NCBI GenBank assembly: GCA_963695875.1
Contig: CAVOID010000008.1
Span: 229,169 to 293,168, forward strand
DNA length: 64,000 nt
Direction: 5' to 3'
From: an uncultured delta proteobacterium
Lineage (GTDB): Bacteria; Desulfobacterota; Syntrophia; Syntrophales; UBA2185
The translations under genes were made by a program, and so were the position numbers. Each line of letters starts with the position of its first letter. The stretch's first letter is position 1. Positions 63,585 to 64,000 of this stretch are shown here, piece after piece. The notes beneath the pieces are model-generated. The model was not told the origin of the DNA. It saw only the letters and a list, made by a program, of their open reading frames with translations, and made no database searches.

Positions 63585-64000
63585 TAGACATTATTGGGTT
63601 TAGCTAGAGTTGACCAAGCTCAGCACATCGAATGTCGGGAGCGGATGACGGCAACTCACGCGAAGATTATGCAAGCCACAGGCAATCTCCATGACCATGT
63701 CAGAAATCCCCGCTTTGGTCAGACGCAAGACATCTTTGACGATCCGGCACCGCTTCACACCGGCAATCACGTGTTCCACAATAATGCGGACACTGGAGAT
63801 CAGATGATTGAGGAACTTGTCCCCAACGCTCAACTCCTGGCCTCTTGGCTTTTTTTTGGCTGTTGGGTCAGGACACCGGCCGGCTCATAGCCCTGAAAAC
63901 CCGTGTCCTTGTCGAGGCGTGCTGTTGACCGGATACACGAGGTCGGCCTCGTCCACGGCTTTCTTGTCGTGCGTTTTGCCGGCCACCGTGGGGCTCAGAT
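63585..64000 (-). mobile_element. IS5-like (DDE_Tnp_4-type) insertion sequence, right end and 3' part of transposase
   Basis: Minus strand reads GKTHDKK, DTGFQG, PKK/KPRG, RIIVEHVIAGVKRCRI and CGLHNLR, with the stop at 63600; element end ...AATGTCTA abuts the amidase. Confidence 0.85.

Noticed and set aside
61495..63890. Several long opposite-strand ORFs in the GC-rich segment
   Set aside because: Expected shadow ORFs in high-GC DNA opposite recognisable genes.

Overview
Positions 1-61377 are a low-GC, mostly housekeeping chromosomal segment from an anaerobic deltaproteobacterium (Syntrophales-like; this taxonomy is inferred from gene content and order). It holds part of a type II secretion locus, pfkA, purM, recG, hom-apgM, iorAB, a DnaJ-class gene, dnaE, guaB, dtd, an M16 peptidase pair, phoH-HD-ybeY, mltD, prfB (programmed +1 frameshift), lnt, corC, tig-clpP-clpX-lon, four tRNAs (Asp, Val, Leu, Pro), lysC, tsaE, acpS, folP and the 3' end of ftsH. 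A 28-bp dif-like XerCD site at 19804-19831, with KOPS-like octamers mostly pointing towards it, suggests this is the replication terminus. Two different insertion sequences sit back to back at 26773-29430 inside one 15-bp target duplication, the first inserted flush against the left end of the second. Other unexplained signals are a bistable-looking RNA hairpin at about 8450-8577, a probable ATT start codon for corC, and two outward-facing sigma28-like sites sharing an identical 15-mer. At 61377/61378 the sequence switches abruptly, mid-gene, to GC-rich DNA (molybdoenzyme large subunit, amidase, IS5-like element); this is most likely a chimeric or concatenated contig. Many genes, including essential dnaE, carry single-base frameshifts that are best read as sequencing or assembly indels. 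I found no CRISPR array, rRNA, prophage or defence island, and no clearly new multi-gene system.
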